A stretch of DNA of 64,000 bases from Azolla caroliniana (GCA_043228905.1 JBHGNT010000008.1:7130001-7194000); one strand, 5' to 3'; positions 51,591-64,000 are shown, numbered from the stretch's first letter. Numbers and translations are program-made. The notes: generated by a model not told the origin, from the sequence alone.

Positions 51591-53564
51591 CCATGTAGCT
51601 CCTCCGTGGCGCGCGTTGCTGCCCGTATCTTCCACGTGTGCTTGGCGTTGATCGGCCAGTTTCCCTTCTTGTAGAAGTCCATGGACATCAAGTTGATCTC
51701 CGAACCGTGGTCTACCAACGTCACCACCGGCTCTTGGGCGTCCCCAATCCGAACAGGGGATTCCGTAGTGGCCCTAGCCCAATGTAGCCTCGAGTAGTGG
51801 CTTTCCGCCAACTCGTCCTCCAGGGCCATGTCTTCTACGTGCGTCGTTCATACCTCCACCGGCTTCTCCGGCTCCGGCTTCGTCAAAAGCCTTTTCCGCT
51901 TCACCAAGTCTACGATGGAGTCGTGGAACTCCTTCTTGGCGAAACAAGCACTACCCTCAGCGAAATCTCCACTTTGTTGTCGAGGATCCATTCCTCTAGG
52001 ACCTTTCGTAGGTTTGTGGTCCTTTCGATCTTTGTGCTCAACCGGTAACCGGCCTTCTTGGCCTTGTTCGGTGCGCCGGATGCACCGCCATCATTCTACC
52101 CCAGCCCCCCCGGTCTTTCCCGCGCGCTTGTCTTCCACCTGAGCTTCGTAGTTCTGGCACGCGGTTTCCAACAAGCCTGTCTTCTCTTCGACCGGGTCAC
52201 TCCACCCGGTTACCTTTCGGACCCGTCTTTCCGCACGGTCCGCTTCCTCTTTCCTTAGTTGTACGCCGGCTAGGCTTTCCAGCATCAATGGCCAGAACCC
52301 GGAGTCCTTCATTTTCTGGACTTCATCACTCTTGACCAGGATTGCCGCCGACGTCAAGTAGTGGATGGTCTCCGCGTGGCGAGCCGCCACCTCCTCCATC
52401 AGCCATTTCATCCGCTCTCGTCCGACGTTCAGATCTAGGGCCCTCCGGGTTTCGCTAGCGTGTACCCGCCTGTTCCACAGGTACACCACGTTGGCCCTTA
52501 TCGCTTCGGCGAAGTCCCCGCAGTCCTTTTGGGTGTGGCCAACTGCATCGCACCACAAGCACCGATGCCCAGCCGGAGGCCTTCGGTCACGGGCTTGTTC
52601 GCAGCCGTCCCTCCGTGCCTGTGCAATCTGGAGGTTCCTCACCATTTGAGTCAGCTCCTCCAGAGCCGCTCCTCCGGACTAGCCTTTGACCATGCTGGTC
52701 GAAGTTGAGCCGGTCTCGAGCAACTCTCGGGTCTCCTCCCTTCGTGCCGGTGGGGGTACCTCGAGCTTCCTTGCCACAATAGAGCCCGCCCTCGACAAGC
52801 CTTTATCAACACACTCACGCCGTTTGTCGAAACGGCCGCAGACTCTCTTCACCACAACCCAGTCGGCCGTTAGCCCGTCATCGGTCTCCAGTAGGAGGCC
52901 CACTTGCTACCGGTCCCTCACGTCCACCGATTTAACAAATAATAGGATACGACTTGTGTCTAGTACGGTCCAGTCCAGCGCCGAAAGACGCGCGAAGCGT
53001 TCGTCAAACTCCCGGAGGAGCACCGACGCGTTTCTCCCCTTTTTGGGGGTCTCCACCAATTCCATGAAGCCCTGCTTCGATAGCCGAAGCGCGTAATCAA
53101 GCCCGTATTTCTCAAGAAGACGACCTTCAAACTCTTCCCAGGTCTGGCTCTCAACCCGTACCTTGAGCACCTCCACGTGGATGCTCGACATTGCCACCCG
53201 AGGGAGTCCGGCCAATAGCCTGTCTTCCGGAATGTCCCTCATCACCATTTTGGCTCGGTAGGCCTCCAAGTAGCTCGTGGCGTCCTTTCCACTGAACCGG
53301 CCTATCGTGCCAACAATTGCTTCAATAGCCCTATCGAGGGCGCCTGTGCCTTCGCGCGCACTCACTAATCGATCTACAGCTGAAGCCATGGCTTTTGCAA
53401 GCTCTATTCCCCTCATCTTTTCTATTCCTTTGCCGCCTGTTCACGTCGGGTTCACCAAATATGTCGCGTTGTTACGTGCGTGCATATAGAACGAGGCGGA
53501 ACCACGGGGGTCTTCGACCAAGGAAAAACCGAACAGGAGTAGGAGCAAGAAAGACAACAGTCGT

Positions 53565-54287
53565 TGTCGTAGTGTATTCCACACACTACGTGAAAACCAT
53601 AAAATAATATATCCGATTTTAGATACATATAGATAAATAAATAATATATCAAAATATTTATCACGTGCATAAGGCAAGATTCAAACCCTATACCTCCACG
53701 TAGCCAAACCTCAACTTTACCATTATGCTACCTTATCTTTAGTGTTCTACAAATAGATTTAATAACTATAAGTGCTTTATTTGTGCCTACCTTTATTAAA
53801 AGGTAAATCATGCATTTTTAGAGTGCGTGAATATTTTATAGAAAAACGCAAGCAACTAAAAAGTGACTCATGCACATCTAGCGTGCGTGAGCACTATATT
53901 TAGCAAATAAAAGCAAGGATTAGAAAAGCATCACATGCACATTTAGTGTGCATGAACATATTAGAAAAAAGCATGTAGCTATGCTTAGTCTCTCCCATCA
54001 CTATATAAGGATGGGGAGCACATTGTAGTTTTTGTTGATTTTTTTTTTCTATAATGATCAATCAATCTAAAATATTCGTGGGATTCACGAATTTGCTAAA
54101 ATAATTCTCTCTTACTACCTAAATATTGACTAAATATACTAAACTCGTGGGATTCACAAGATTCTTATCTTATAGCTCTTTATACCTATTCTTTACTAGC
54201 CTTATTTGTATTTTTCTTCCTCCTAGTCCAAAACCTCGACGGTTCCCACCCGACTCACGCAACGATCCGGAGCCGAAAGGCACGACA
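53565..54287 (+). mobile_element. Solo LTR (723 bp) inside the 5' LTR of copy 2
   Basis: TGTCGT...ACGACA; TSD TCGT/CCGT; reverse-complement homologue of 41332-42121. Confidence 0.85.
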
Positions 54288-54296
54288 CCGTGCTTC

Positions 54297-54328
<32 letters not shown>

Positions 54329-54996
54329 GATACATAGAAACCGCAACCGAATGAAACAACCGAAACGAGACAAATGCGTATATGTATGTATATATTCTGA
54401 TGAAAAATCTTAGGTGAGTGACAAATCTCCTACGCCTACGCACACAGAAGAGTGAGATGGAGACTCTGTCGGAAGCACTTAGGCGTTCCGCGGAGTAGAG
54501 TCAGCCTCCCGAAAACCTGGACAGAGCAAATATAGAAAAAGACGGAGGATAAGAACTCAGTTCCAGTCCGACAACACTTCGTCCTTGGCAAAAAGAAACG
54601 ATCCCTTTTACGATTCCTCTCCCTTTCTTTTCTAGCCCAAGGAGGGAGGACGTTACAACTTGTTACATCATCTTTATTCCTTGTCCTTTTAAACAGAGAT
54701 ATGCCTCGATTTCCTACCTATCAAATCCGTGCGACTTAGGATATTCACATCAACCGACTTGTACCTAAATATGTACATTACGACAAAACTTGTGCCGGCG
54801 TGTAATGGCCGGTTCGCGCACATCATTCTCCGATTCCGCCGAGGGACAGTTTTCTCCACGACAACGCGCTTGGTCTTAGGTCCTCGTGCGGCTATAATGT
54901 ACGCTTCATTTTTCGCCGTAGTGCTTGCGTCGTATTACACCGTAGTGCAAGCTTCGTATTCCCTCGTAGTGCATCCTCCATTTTGCGTCGTAACGC

Positions 54997-57900
54997 TGTC
55001 ATGAAGATTTCGGGCCATAGGTAGAAACAAGGTGAAACGCGCAGGAACACCGGTTTACGCGAGTGCACGCCTCGAGGGAATTAGATAGGACAAATACTAG
55101 GCATGAGTATAAGGAGGGGTACTAGGATGTTAGAGCATAGACATTGCATAAGTAGGGAGAGTTACGAGGAGAGTAAATCAGGGAGAGAATCTAGGACAAA
55201 AATGACGGGTCATGAATGCTTGTAACGGTCGCTCCTTGTGCTATAAAAGGGGCGACCTTTGACTGTCTTCGGGATGCCATCTAGAGGAGAGGATAGACAG
55301 AGAAAGGGGCGACCTTTGACCGCGGAAAAAGGCGCATCCCCTTGCTCACATCAGATGCCTGAGTGCTCCCGACCTGGGGATCGACCTTCTGCGCACCGAC
55401 GTCTCTTTGTACCTGGCTATTTGCCAAACTCTGCGCTCCATCATCGGCTCTGATCCGGCTGTAACCACTCACAGCACCGTGCACCTGTGTTTTAATAGAA
55501 ATCTTTCTACCTATCACACTTTGTTCTCAGTGTCTTTGTCCATGTTCGTGTCTACGCGTGACTCTCTTACTCTCTCTCGTTCGCTAGACTTACCCACTCT
55601 CTTGTGGTCTCAAGACCTACGCGGTCCCCAAACTCCTACCCCCTCGCTTTCTCGATTCCTTGGTTCGAGACCCCCGTGGTCCTGCCCGACTTCTATGCAT
55701 CCGCGAGGATTTCCTCGACATTCTTTGGTGAACCCGACGTGAAGAAGGGTGGCAAAGGAATCTGGAGATGAGAGGAAGCGAACTTGCAGAAGCGATGGCG
55801 GTGGTGGTAGACCGCCTGGTTAGTGCTCACGAGGGCGCGAGTGCCCTCGACCGGGCGATAGAGGCAACAGTCGGCAAGATAGGCCGGTTCGGCGGAAAGG
55901 ACGCCACGAGCTACTTAAAGGCCTACAAATCTGAAATGCAGATGAGGAACATACCCGAAGATAGAGGGCTAGCGTGGTTTCCCCGGGTCGTAACACCACA
56001 CATCCATACAGAGATGGTCGAGATACAAGCGGTCTGTCACGATTGGGCGGAGTTCACAGAGGAAGTTCTCGAGAGGTATAGCTACGATGATTCGTTCCGG
56101 CTATCGAGAAAGGATTTTATGGACTGGGTCAACAGCCCCAACAAGGGTCAGAACGCTTCTGCACTCCTCCAAGAGTTCGAGTCACGGTTCACACGACTCT
56201 CTAGGTTGGACCGAACCGTGCTCGAAATGAGCAAGGTTCTATTATTTTTCACTTCGTTCGACTCACACGTCCGGGAAAGCGTGGGTCTTCTTCTGGAAAC
56301 CAACCAAAGCCTCACGACTGATTGGGCAACCGTCAAGGAAGTATGCAGCAGGATTGACAAATGCCAGTATTGGAAGGAAAGGGGGTCCTCGTCGGTCAGA
56401 CTGGCTGTCGGAATCAGGGCCGAACCAATGCCGACCCGGATGGAAGAAACGAAGAGGTGGCTCGAGCTAGGCCCACCTCTGGCGAACATAGTCGCGGGAC
56501 CTGCAGGTGGCGCCGGACTAGAAGAACTGACAAGGATGGCGCGCGACCTCCAGATTGCCCACGCCCGACGAAGCAACGAAGGTAAGCCGCGTGACCGGCG
56601 ACCATCGGCCAACCAGAGGTGCATATGGTGTGACGCCACCGGACATGCCCGGAGAGAATGCGCTGACTTTGGAGAAGCGCTCAGGAGTAATGTAGTCTAC
56701 CTTTCGAACGACAGGGTTCATGTGAGCGACATGCGAAGATTGCTCGACACGAATTTTGGACAAGGTGGCATGAAGAGGCTAATGGAAGAAGCCGTGGCCT
56801 GGCACGTCGAAGCCGTCCACTATTCAGCTTCAGTCGGCATACGCGTAGGGGAGAAGACAACCAAACCCGATTCCAAATATGGGTTCCAAATACACGTAGG
56901 GGAGAAGACCTTGTCCTGCAGAAGAACGTGCTCGCGGAGTTACCGGGTAGAACGACCCCGTTGAAGAAATCACCGGCTTTGTGGAGGCCGCGTGTAGGAA
57001 CTACGAAGCCTTGATCGACGAACGGTGAGCAGGAAAAACTGGGGGAGCGGGCCCATCGGGGAGGCATGACACACGAAGCGCAACCAAAAAGCACGATGCC
57101 GCTCCGACCGGATCCCAGGAGAAGGAGAAGGGCAGGATTCCGAGCTTCCGCTTAAGCTCGGAGATAGAGAAAACAACGAACCTACAAAAGGTTCTAGAGG
57201 AGCGAGTTCTCGACAGTCGCATAGAACTCATGCTTAGGGAAGTGCTCAGAATAGCAAGAAGGGAGTTCCACAACAACATCGTGGACCTCGTGAAGAGGAA
57301 GCGTCTCGCAATGGAACCAGAGCCCGAGAAGCCGATGGAGGTAAGGGCGGCACTCCTCGATGAGATAGCCGTGGAAGACGAGCTCGTGGAGAGCCACTAC
57401 GCCAAACCGCACTGGGCAAGAGCTACTACAGAAACCCCGGTTCGTATCGGGAATATCAAGGAACCGGTGGTGGCGTTAATCAACCATGGGTCGGATATTA
57501 ACCTGATGTCCATGGACTTCTACAAAAAGGGGAATTGGCCTATCAATACCAAACATGGGTGGAAGATACGCTCGGCTACAAGAGCCACGGAAGAGCTACA
57601 CAGGGCTTGCCTGAACGTCAGGGTGAGCGTTGGGAACGTCGACATAAACCAACACTTTTTCGTGCAAGAGACGTCCTCTCACCCGGTCATCCTTCGGGAA
57701 CCATACATCACGGCGGCTAGAATGGAAACAAAAGTGTTGGACAATGGTAAAAAGTCAGGACAACCATCACTCCGTTCAATTTTTGACCGTTTGGAAGAAC
57801 CACGAACGAAATCGGGACACCCTCGGAAATGATAACAAGCTGGATTTTTAAAAAGGGCTATCAAGGCGTGGGGCCGCGATAGTTCGGATAACCGGAAAGC

Positions 57901-60900
57901 TCCCCACACTTGTAAAATAGGTAGGAAAGTTTTGTTCTCCAACAACAGAGGATGTACCATAGTTAGCATCGGTGGCCGAGAAAGAAAACGGGCTGAGATA
58001 CGCTTGAAGGCGTGCGGAGCCTTGAGCTGCGACGAAGGAATTGGGGAAGCCGTGGAGGCGGTTTCATTCGATGACACCCTGTGTGAAATCGGGAAGGTAA
58101 TCGAAGGAGGTCTAAGCGAAGACCGAGTCATACCGGTCAACTCGATCGACATGTATGAAGTCATTGCGGACTTTGAAAGAGGAACCCGGGCGCATCGGAT
58201 GGCCCGAGTAGACACGAAATACAAGACTGTGGACCGGAAGGTGAAGCCCGTCGCGGCCCCCTTGCCGGAGGGCAGTTGGGAACGAATAAAGGGGGTCGCT
58301 ACCGACCCCAGCTTGCGGGATCCGACCGGCATAGGGCACCCTTTCACCGACAAAACGCTACGAGAGCTGAAGATCGGTGGAGGTGGCTTCCTACTGCCGG
58401 CGGAAGAGGATCGGTTCAGAAGGATGCTCGAAAGGCACGGGAAGGCCTTCGCATTCTCACCAAGAGAGATCGGGTGCGTCGACTCGACCATCGTCGAGCC
58501 AATGCCAATATTTACAGTACCGCACGTACCCTGGAGCCTCAAGCCAATCCAAGTACTGAGGGCTCACATGCCGATGTTGATGGAGCTCCTTAAGCAGAAA
58601 GTAGAGTTGGGCATCCTCGAACCGTCGAGTGCCCCCTATTCTAATCGGTGGTTTACGGTACCGAAGAAGAACGGTACGTTGTGGTTCATCCAGGACTTAC
58701 AACCAGTCAACAAAGTGACCATCCGCAATATGGGAGTTGGACCGTCGATCGATGAGTTCGTGGAAGCCTTCGTTGGAAGGTCCATATACTCGGTCGGAGA
58801 CCTTTACTCAGGATACGACCAAATCCAACTGGTCGTGGAAAGCAGGGACATCACGACTATGCGGACCCCTCTCGGTCTAGTTCGGATGTGCACCTTACCA
58901 CAAGGAGGAACCAACTCGGTTGCACACATGGTGAATGCTATGAACAAAGTTCTGAGGGACTGCATTCCGGACATCACCATGCCTTTCCTGGACGACATCC
59001 TTATCAAGGGGTGTCCGGAGGACACCAAGGATGAGTCGATCGGCGTGGACGGGTGCCGAAGGTTTGTCACGGACCTTCTCGGGAGGCTCAAAGGCATGCG
59101 GCTTACCTTCTCGGGAGAGAAGTCGGCCTTCAAGCAACAAGAGATATATTAGTGGTTGGCCACCTATGTGGGTCGTACGGCCGGAAGCCATCGCAGACCA
59201 AGGTAGAGGCCATCTCGGCAATGAAGGAGGAGTGCGGATCCGTCACAGAGGTCCGACGATTCTTAGGAGCATGTGCCTTCTACCACATATGGATCCCTCA
59301 TTACGTGCACGTCGTTGAACCACTCTATGGCCTGTTGAAGAAGAGCAGAAGATTCACATGGACGAAGGAACATACTGAGGCAGTCTGGAAGCTATAGCGA
59401 GCGCTTACCATAGCACCGGCTTTGCGCAAAGAGGAATAAGCACCGAGTACTCTGGTCTACATCACAGTGAACACCAGCCTGACCGAGATCGGATGGGTCG
59501 TGAATCAAGAGGACGAAGACGGCACGCGCTTCCCTATCCGGTTCGGTGCGAAGGTACTGAGTGAACGACAGCGAGGATACACCCAAGTCAAGCGCGAGCT
59601 GTGGGGTATTGTTTCGGCGGTCAAGGTTGACAAAGACTACTTAATCGGGGCAGAAGTAATTATAGAAACGGACTGCCTGCCGATTCTCGGTATGGTCTCC
59701 GGATGCGCGACTCCCGACCTTGCCATGCTCAGGTGGATTGCGTACATCAAATCCTTGAACCTGGAGATACGACACATCTCGGGTAAAGACAATGGCATGG
59801 CCGAAATGCTTTCCAGAGCAAGATTTGAGGATGAGGACAGCATGGTATCGGAGAACGAAAAAGTCGGCGCAGACGGCTACAACGGGGAGTGGCTCCTAAT
59901 CGGGAGATTTCTAAAGACAATGATGACAGACGCCATGATGGCTAAGGAGGCGTCCAGACAGCTCTAGAAGAGGGCATACCGATATTTCCTACGAAACGGG
60001 AAAATCTGGAGGGTCCCGAAAAGTCGAAACGACGCATCGCTCCGGGTAATAGCGCAGACGAATGACCAACAGAAGCTGATGTCGGAGCTCCATGAGGGCC
60101 CTTGGTCCGGACACCGGGGTACATGGGCTACATTCGAGAAGTTAAAAGAAAAATACTGGTGGCCATGCATGTACAAGAGTGTGCATGACTTCGTGTCTAC
60201 GTGCCAAAGTTGCCAGATGCACTTGGTGGTTCGACACCGCGACGAACTACACCTGACTTATCCTCCGACCGTGCACTTCAAGTGGATGGTTGACTTAGTT
60301 ACAATGCCGATGGGTGAAGGGCAGAAGCGATGTCTAATGCTGGCTAGAGAGGACCTAATCAACCAGGTAGAGGGACGAGCACTAACAAACAGGACCACCG
60401 CGGCAGTATGTAAGTTTTTGATCGAGGATGTCATATGCCGATAGGGTGCGTGGGAAAAATCGTGGCTGACCGAGGAGAGCTAGACGCGGAAGAGGTTGAG
60501 GAACTGTTCAGTCAGTTAGGCGTAAATCTGTCCCTCACAACGTCGTACAACCCGGAGGCAAATGGAAAGATTGAACGGGGCCACGGTCTGATCGTAAAGG
60601 CCATTGTACGCACGTGCGAAGGTCAAGTCGGCAACTGGTCGAGGTAGCTCCCATACGTGTTGTGGGCGGACAGGACCACCCACAGTTCGGTGACAGGGTA
60701 CATGCCAGCGGAACTAATGTACGGCCAGAAACCCATCATGCCGGTAGAGCGGACGATCGCCTCGTGGGCAGCGATCGATTGGGCTAACGAAATGAGCAGA
60801 GAAGAGCTGCTAGCGGCACGAAACCGGCAACTCGAGCAAAGACCGGAAGATGTGGAACGAGCCACGGCAAAGGTGAAAGAAGCGCGGATCCGAAACAAAG

Positions 60901-61999
60901 CCGGGTTCAACCGAACGCACCGACTCCGGCCAAGGAAGATCGAGGAAGGTGATTGGGTGTTAGTCTACGACAATAGCCTCAACAACCAGCATAGGTATAC
61001 ACGCAAGTTTGCGAAGCGTTGGTTCAGACCGTACGTGGTAAATAGCGTCAATGACAACGTCACGTATCATCTCACGGAGCTAGACGGGACACAAATAACG
61101 ACTCCGGTGGCCGGGAAGAGTATAAAAGCCTTCAAGAGACGGAACCAGGAGGAACCGGACCCGGGTGCCGGAAGCGCCACCTCAGGAGGGGAGGATGAGT
61201 AACTGATGGCCCAGAATCCTCCACTAAATTCACTATCCGGCACATACCGGAGGATGTGCGGTTCTGTGGGGGTGGATGTCGTGAAGATTCCGGGCCATAG
61301 GTAGAAACAAGGTGAAACGCGCAGGAACACCGGTTTACGTGAGTGCACACCTCGAGGGAATTAGATAGGACAAATACTAGGCATGAGTATAAGAAGGGGT
61401 ACTAGGATGTTAGAGTATAGACATCGCATAAGTAGGGAGAGTTACGAGGAGAGTAAATCGGGGAGAGAATCTAGGACAAAAGTGACGGGTCATGAATGCT
61501 TGTAACAGTCGCTCCTTGTGCTATAAAAGGGGCGACCTTTGACTGTCTTCAGGATGCCATCTAGAGGAGAGGATACACAGAGAAAGACTGAGGACTGACC
61601 GCGGAAGAAGGCGCTTCCCCTTGCTCGCGTCAGACGTCGGAGTGCTCCCGACCTAGGGATCGACCTTCTGCGCACCGACGTCTGTTTGTACCTGGCTATT
61701 TGCCAAACTCCGCGCTCCATCATCGGCTCTGATCCGGCTGTAACCACTCACAACACCATGCACCTGTGTTTTAATAGAACTATTTCTACCTAACATACTT
61801 TGTTCTCAGTGTCTTTGTCCATGTCTGTGTCTACGCGTGACTCTCTTACTCTCTCTCGTTCGCTAGACTTACCCACTCTCCCGTGGTCTCAAGACCTACG
61901 CAGTCCCCAAACTCCTCCCCCCTCGCTTTCCCGATTCCTTGGTTCGAGACCCCCGTGGTCTTGCCCGACTTCTACGCATCTGCGAGGATTTCCTCAACA
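54997..61999 (+). mobile_element. Gypsy family X copy 3, structurally full-length (~7.0 kb) but with stops and frameshifts
   Basis: LTRs 54997-55720 and 61277-61999 (about 10 differences in the first ~240 bp), PBS 55726-55743, gag from 55768 (CIWCDATGHARREC), protease, stop 57849-57851, pol ~57842-61202 (RT, RH, HHCC, DDE integrase), PPT before 61277. Confidence 0.95.
57842..57907 (+). promoter_or_regulatory. Predicted -1 ribosomal frameshift signal (slippery heptamer plus pseudoknot)
   Basis: G_GAT_TTT then TAA; 6-nt spacer; stems GGGCTATC/GATAGTTC and GTGGGG/CCCCAC; -1 frame open into RT. Confidence 0.7.
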
Positions 62000-62033
62000 G
62001 CGTGTGCTCCTAATTACGCGCTTCTCCCGACGT

Positions 62034-62748
62034 TGTCATGAAGATTTTCGTCCATAGGGGGAAAACCGAGCGGAGTGAGCAAAACCGGGGTGTGCAACGT
62101 TGCACACGCACATGATATTTTTTGTAAATAAGAACAAATGTAAATTGTAAGAAATACACCACAAGATTCCTAAAGTATAAATGTGATGTGCACTTATGTG
62201 CACATCCACATGAGAGAGAGAGAGGTACATAGGAGTACGAGGTGAGTAAGGGGCATAGTAGTATGTGTGAGCAGTGGGAGTTAGGGCCCCATCAATCCCT
62301 CCTCCAAGAATCCAAGAAAATATCCCCATTGAATGAAGGGGATATTTAGTCTCTCCCTTTTGTAACGGCTTCCTCTCCTTATGCTATAAAAGGAGAGGAA
62401 GGGCACCATTGAAAGGGTTGCCTATTTTGCGTATGGGAGGTATACCACTTAGTCTAGAGTTCTCATCGTTTTAGGGTTAGAGTTTCGTTTAGGGTTTCCT
62501 TATTCATCCTCGGTTAGGGTTTTCTCATAGTCGTTTTGGTGCGCCCCATGCGGCCACCATTGTTGTAATCATTCATTTGTTTTAATATAACTTGTTGAGT
62601 ATCTTGCCTCCGCCAATCTCTCCTTCTATGTCATGGTCTTATTCTTTCCTCTTCTCCTCTTGAGCTAAGCCTCCATATCATATCTTTTTCTTTCTCCTCT
62701 ACTCCCTAGTCTGAGACCCTCGTGGTCCCGCCCCTTCTACATGCACGT
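62034..62748 (+). mobile_element. Family X-related LTR interrupted near its 3' end by the next element
   Basis: TGTCATGAAGATT start, TATA at ~62385, U5 motif GAGACCCTCGTGGTCCCG; resembles LTR 43477-44120. Confidence 0.8.
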
Positions 62749-64000
62749 TGTCGTGAAGAAAACTGGGCATAGGTGGAATCGGAGAAAAAGGTGCATGAAC
62801 CGGCTCTTACATGGATGGGCGCATGAATTGATATTTTGATATTTTGTACATGATTCATATATGGATCGGCTGATGTAAATACTAAGTAGTACACATTTAT
62901 TAGGGGATTGTGCGTATCTCTGTCAGAAGGGACAGGGAATTAAGCGATTTGACTAGGGAGAAAGGGCACCCCGTTTTGGGAACTATTTAAGGAGAGGAGA
63001 GAAGGGAGAGAAAATATCGCGCATTGGCGAGGACAAAGTGCTGCTGCAGAACCGAGTGTCAGGCTCTCTCTCTCTCCTCAAATCGTCGTTCTCTGCGGGT
63101 GTCGGGAGTTCGCTGCCTCTGCTTCATGGACAGCCCGTGTGCTTCCAACAGAGTCTCTCTCCTTCCCCTTTCCCCTCTTATTTCTTCGAGTCGTGTAGTT
63201 GTCGTCGGTGTGCGTGAGTAGGACCCCGTGTCGGGTCCATTACCGGGTTGTCGGTTGTAAGCTATTGACTATAGTAATTAGATTCCTGTTTTTCTTGCAC
63301 TTAATCTCTCTGTGTGTACTTGCCTCTCTCTCTCTCTCTCTCTCTCCCTCCCTCTCTCTCTCTCCTTGGCCCGAAACCCCCGTGGTCCCGCCTCTTTCTA
63401 CACGCACGCGCGTAACAACGCGACATATTTGGTGAACCCAACGTGAAAAGGCGGCAAAGGAGTCGAAAGATAAGGGGATCGGAGCTAGCGGAGGCAATGG
63501 TCGTAGCCGTCGACCGGCTGGTAAGCGCTCGTGAGGGGACAGGTACCCTTGACAAAGCCGTTGAATCGATCGTCGGCACTATAGGCCGGTTCGGAGGGAA
63601 AGATGCCACAAGTTATTTGGAGGCTTACTGGGCCGAAATGATCATGAGGGATATCCCGGTGGACATGCGGCTATCCGGATTCCCTCGGGTGGTGACGCCG
63701 AGCATCCACGTGGAGGTGCTCGAGGTGCTGGCCGGATACCAGACTTGGGAGGAGTTCAAGCTGCAGCTCCTCGAGAAGTATGGGTTTAACGACTTGCTTC
63801 AGCTGTCGAGGCGGGACTTCATGGCGTGGGTGGAAAGCCCCGGAAAAGAGAGGAACACGTCAGCGCTCCTCCAGGAGTTCGAAAAATGGTTCGCGCGGCT
63901 ATCGATGCTGGACCGGACCGTGCTCGAAACGAGTCGAGTACTACTGTTTGTCAAGTCGGTGGACGCGCTCGACAGGGAAAAGGTGGGTCCCCTATTGGAA
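62749..64000 (+). mobile_element. Gypsy family X copy 4: 5' LTR 62749-63425, Trp PBS, gag start; runs off the window
   Basis: PBS TGGTGAACCCAACGTGAA 63430-63447; gag RGSELAEAMVVAVDRLVSAREG, GRFGGKDATSYLEAY. Confidence 0.9.

Larger units (their letters stand above)
46286..54863 (-). mobile_element. Gypsy family X copy 2 (near full-length, decayed, three nested solo LTRs)
   Basis: 5' LTR 53462-54863, PBS 53440-53457, gag from 53416 (CLWCDAVGHTQKDC), protease LVDHGSEINLMS, gag-pro stop 50688, pol to 46775 (SFLDD, WFGPY), partial 3' LTR 46286-46701. Confidence 0.92.

Noticed and set aside
57679-58542. Long antisense ORF over RT, recurring at 30632-31111 and 49548-49976
   Set aside because: Codon-register shadow of the conserved RT with variable ends between copies; no evidence of independent selection.

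Overview
Eukaryotic land-plant nuclear DNA, probably a fern or other seed-free plant (inferred from the PPR style and retroelement lineages). The first ~16 kb hold two convergent, intact intron-rich genes: soluble starch synthase I (+, 15 exons, 233-7539) and a class II KNOX homeobox gene (-, 15979 to ~12497/12264). They are separated by a nest of LINE inside a hAT-MITE inside a copia remnant. About 17-25 kb is decayed AT-rich intergenic and retroelement sequence. About 25-64 kb is a deeply nested LTR-retrotransposon cluster of copia remnants, solo LTRs and at least five copies of one unusual Ty3/gypsy family. That family is the most interesting system here. Protease lies in the gag frame, which ends at a conserved G_GAT_TTT_TAR slippery site followed by a structurally conserved multi-stem pseudoknot, and RT-RH-IN sits in the -1 frame, predicting programmed -1 frameshifting. 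The family also has a tRNA-Trp PBS, an FLDD RT motif, 4-bp CpG-centred target sites, and tRNA-like A/B-box modules in several LTRs. Short tandem duplications spanning splice sites create candidate alternative exons in both host genes. All coordinates were read by eye; no searches or folding programs were run.
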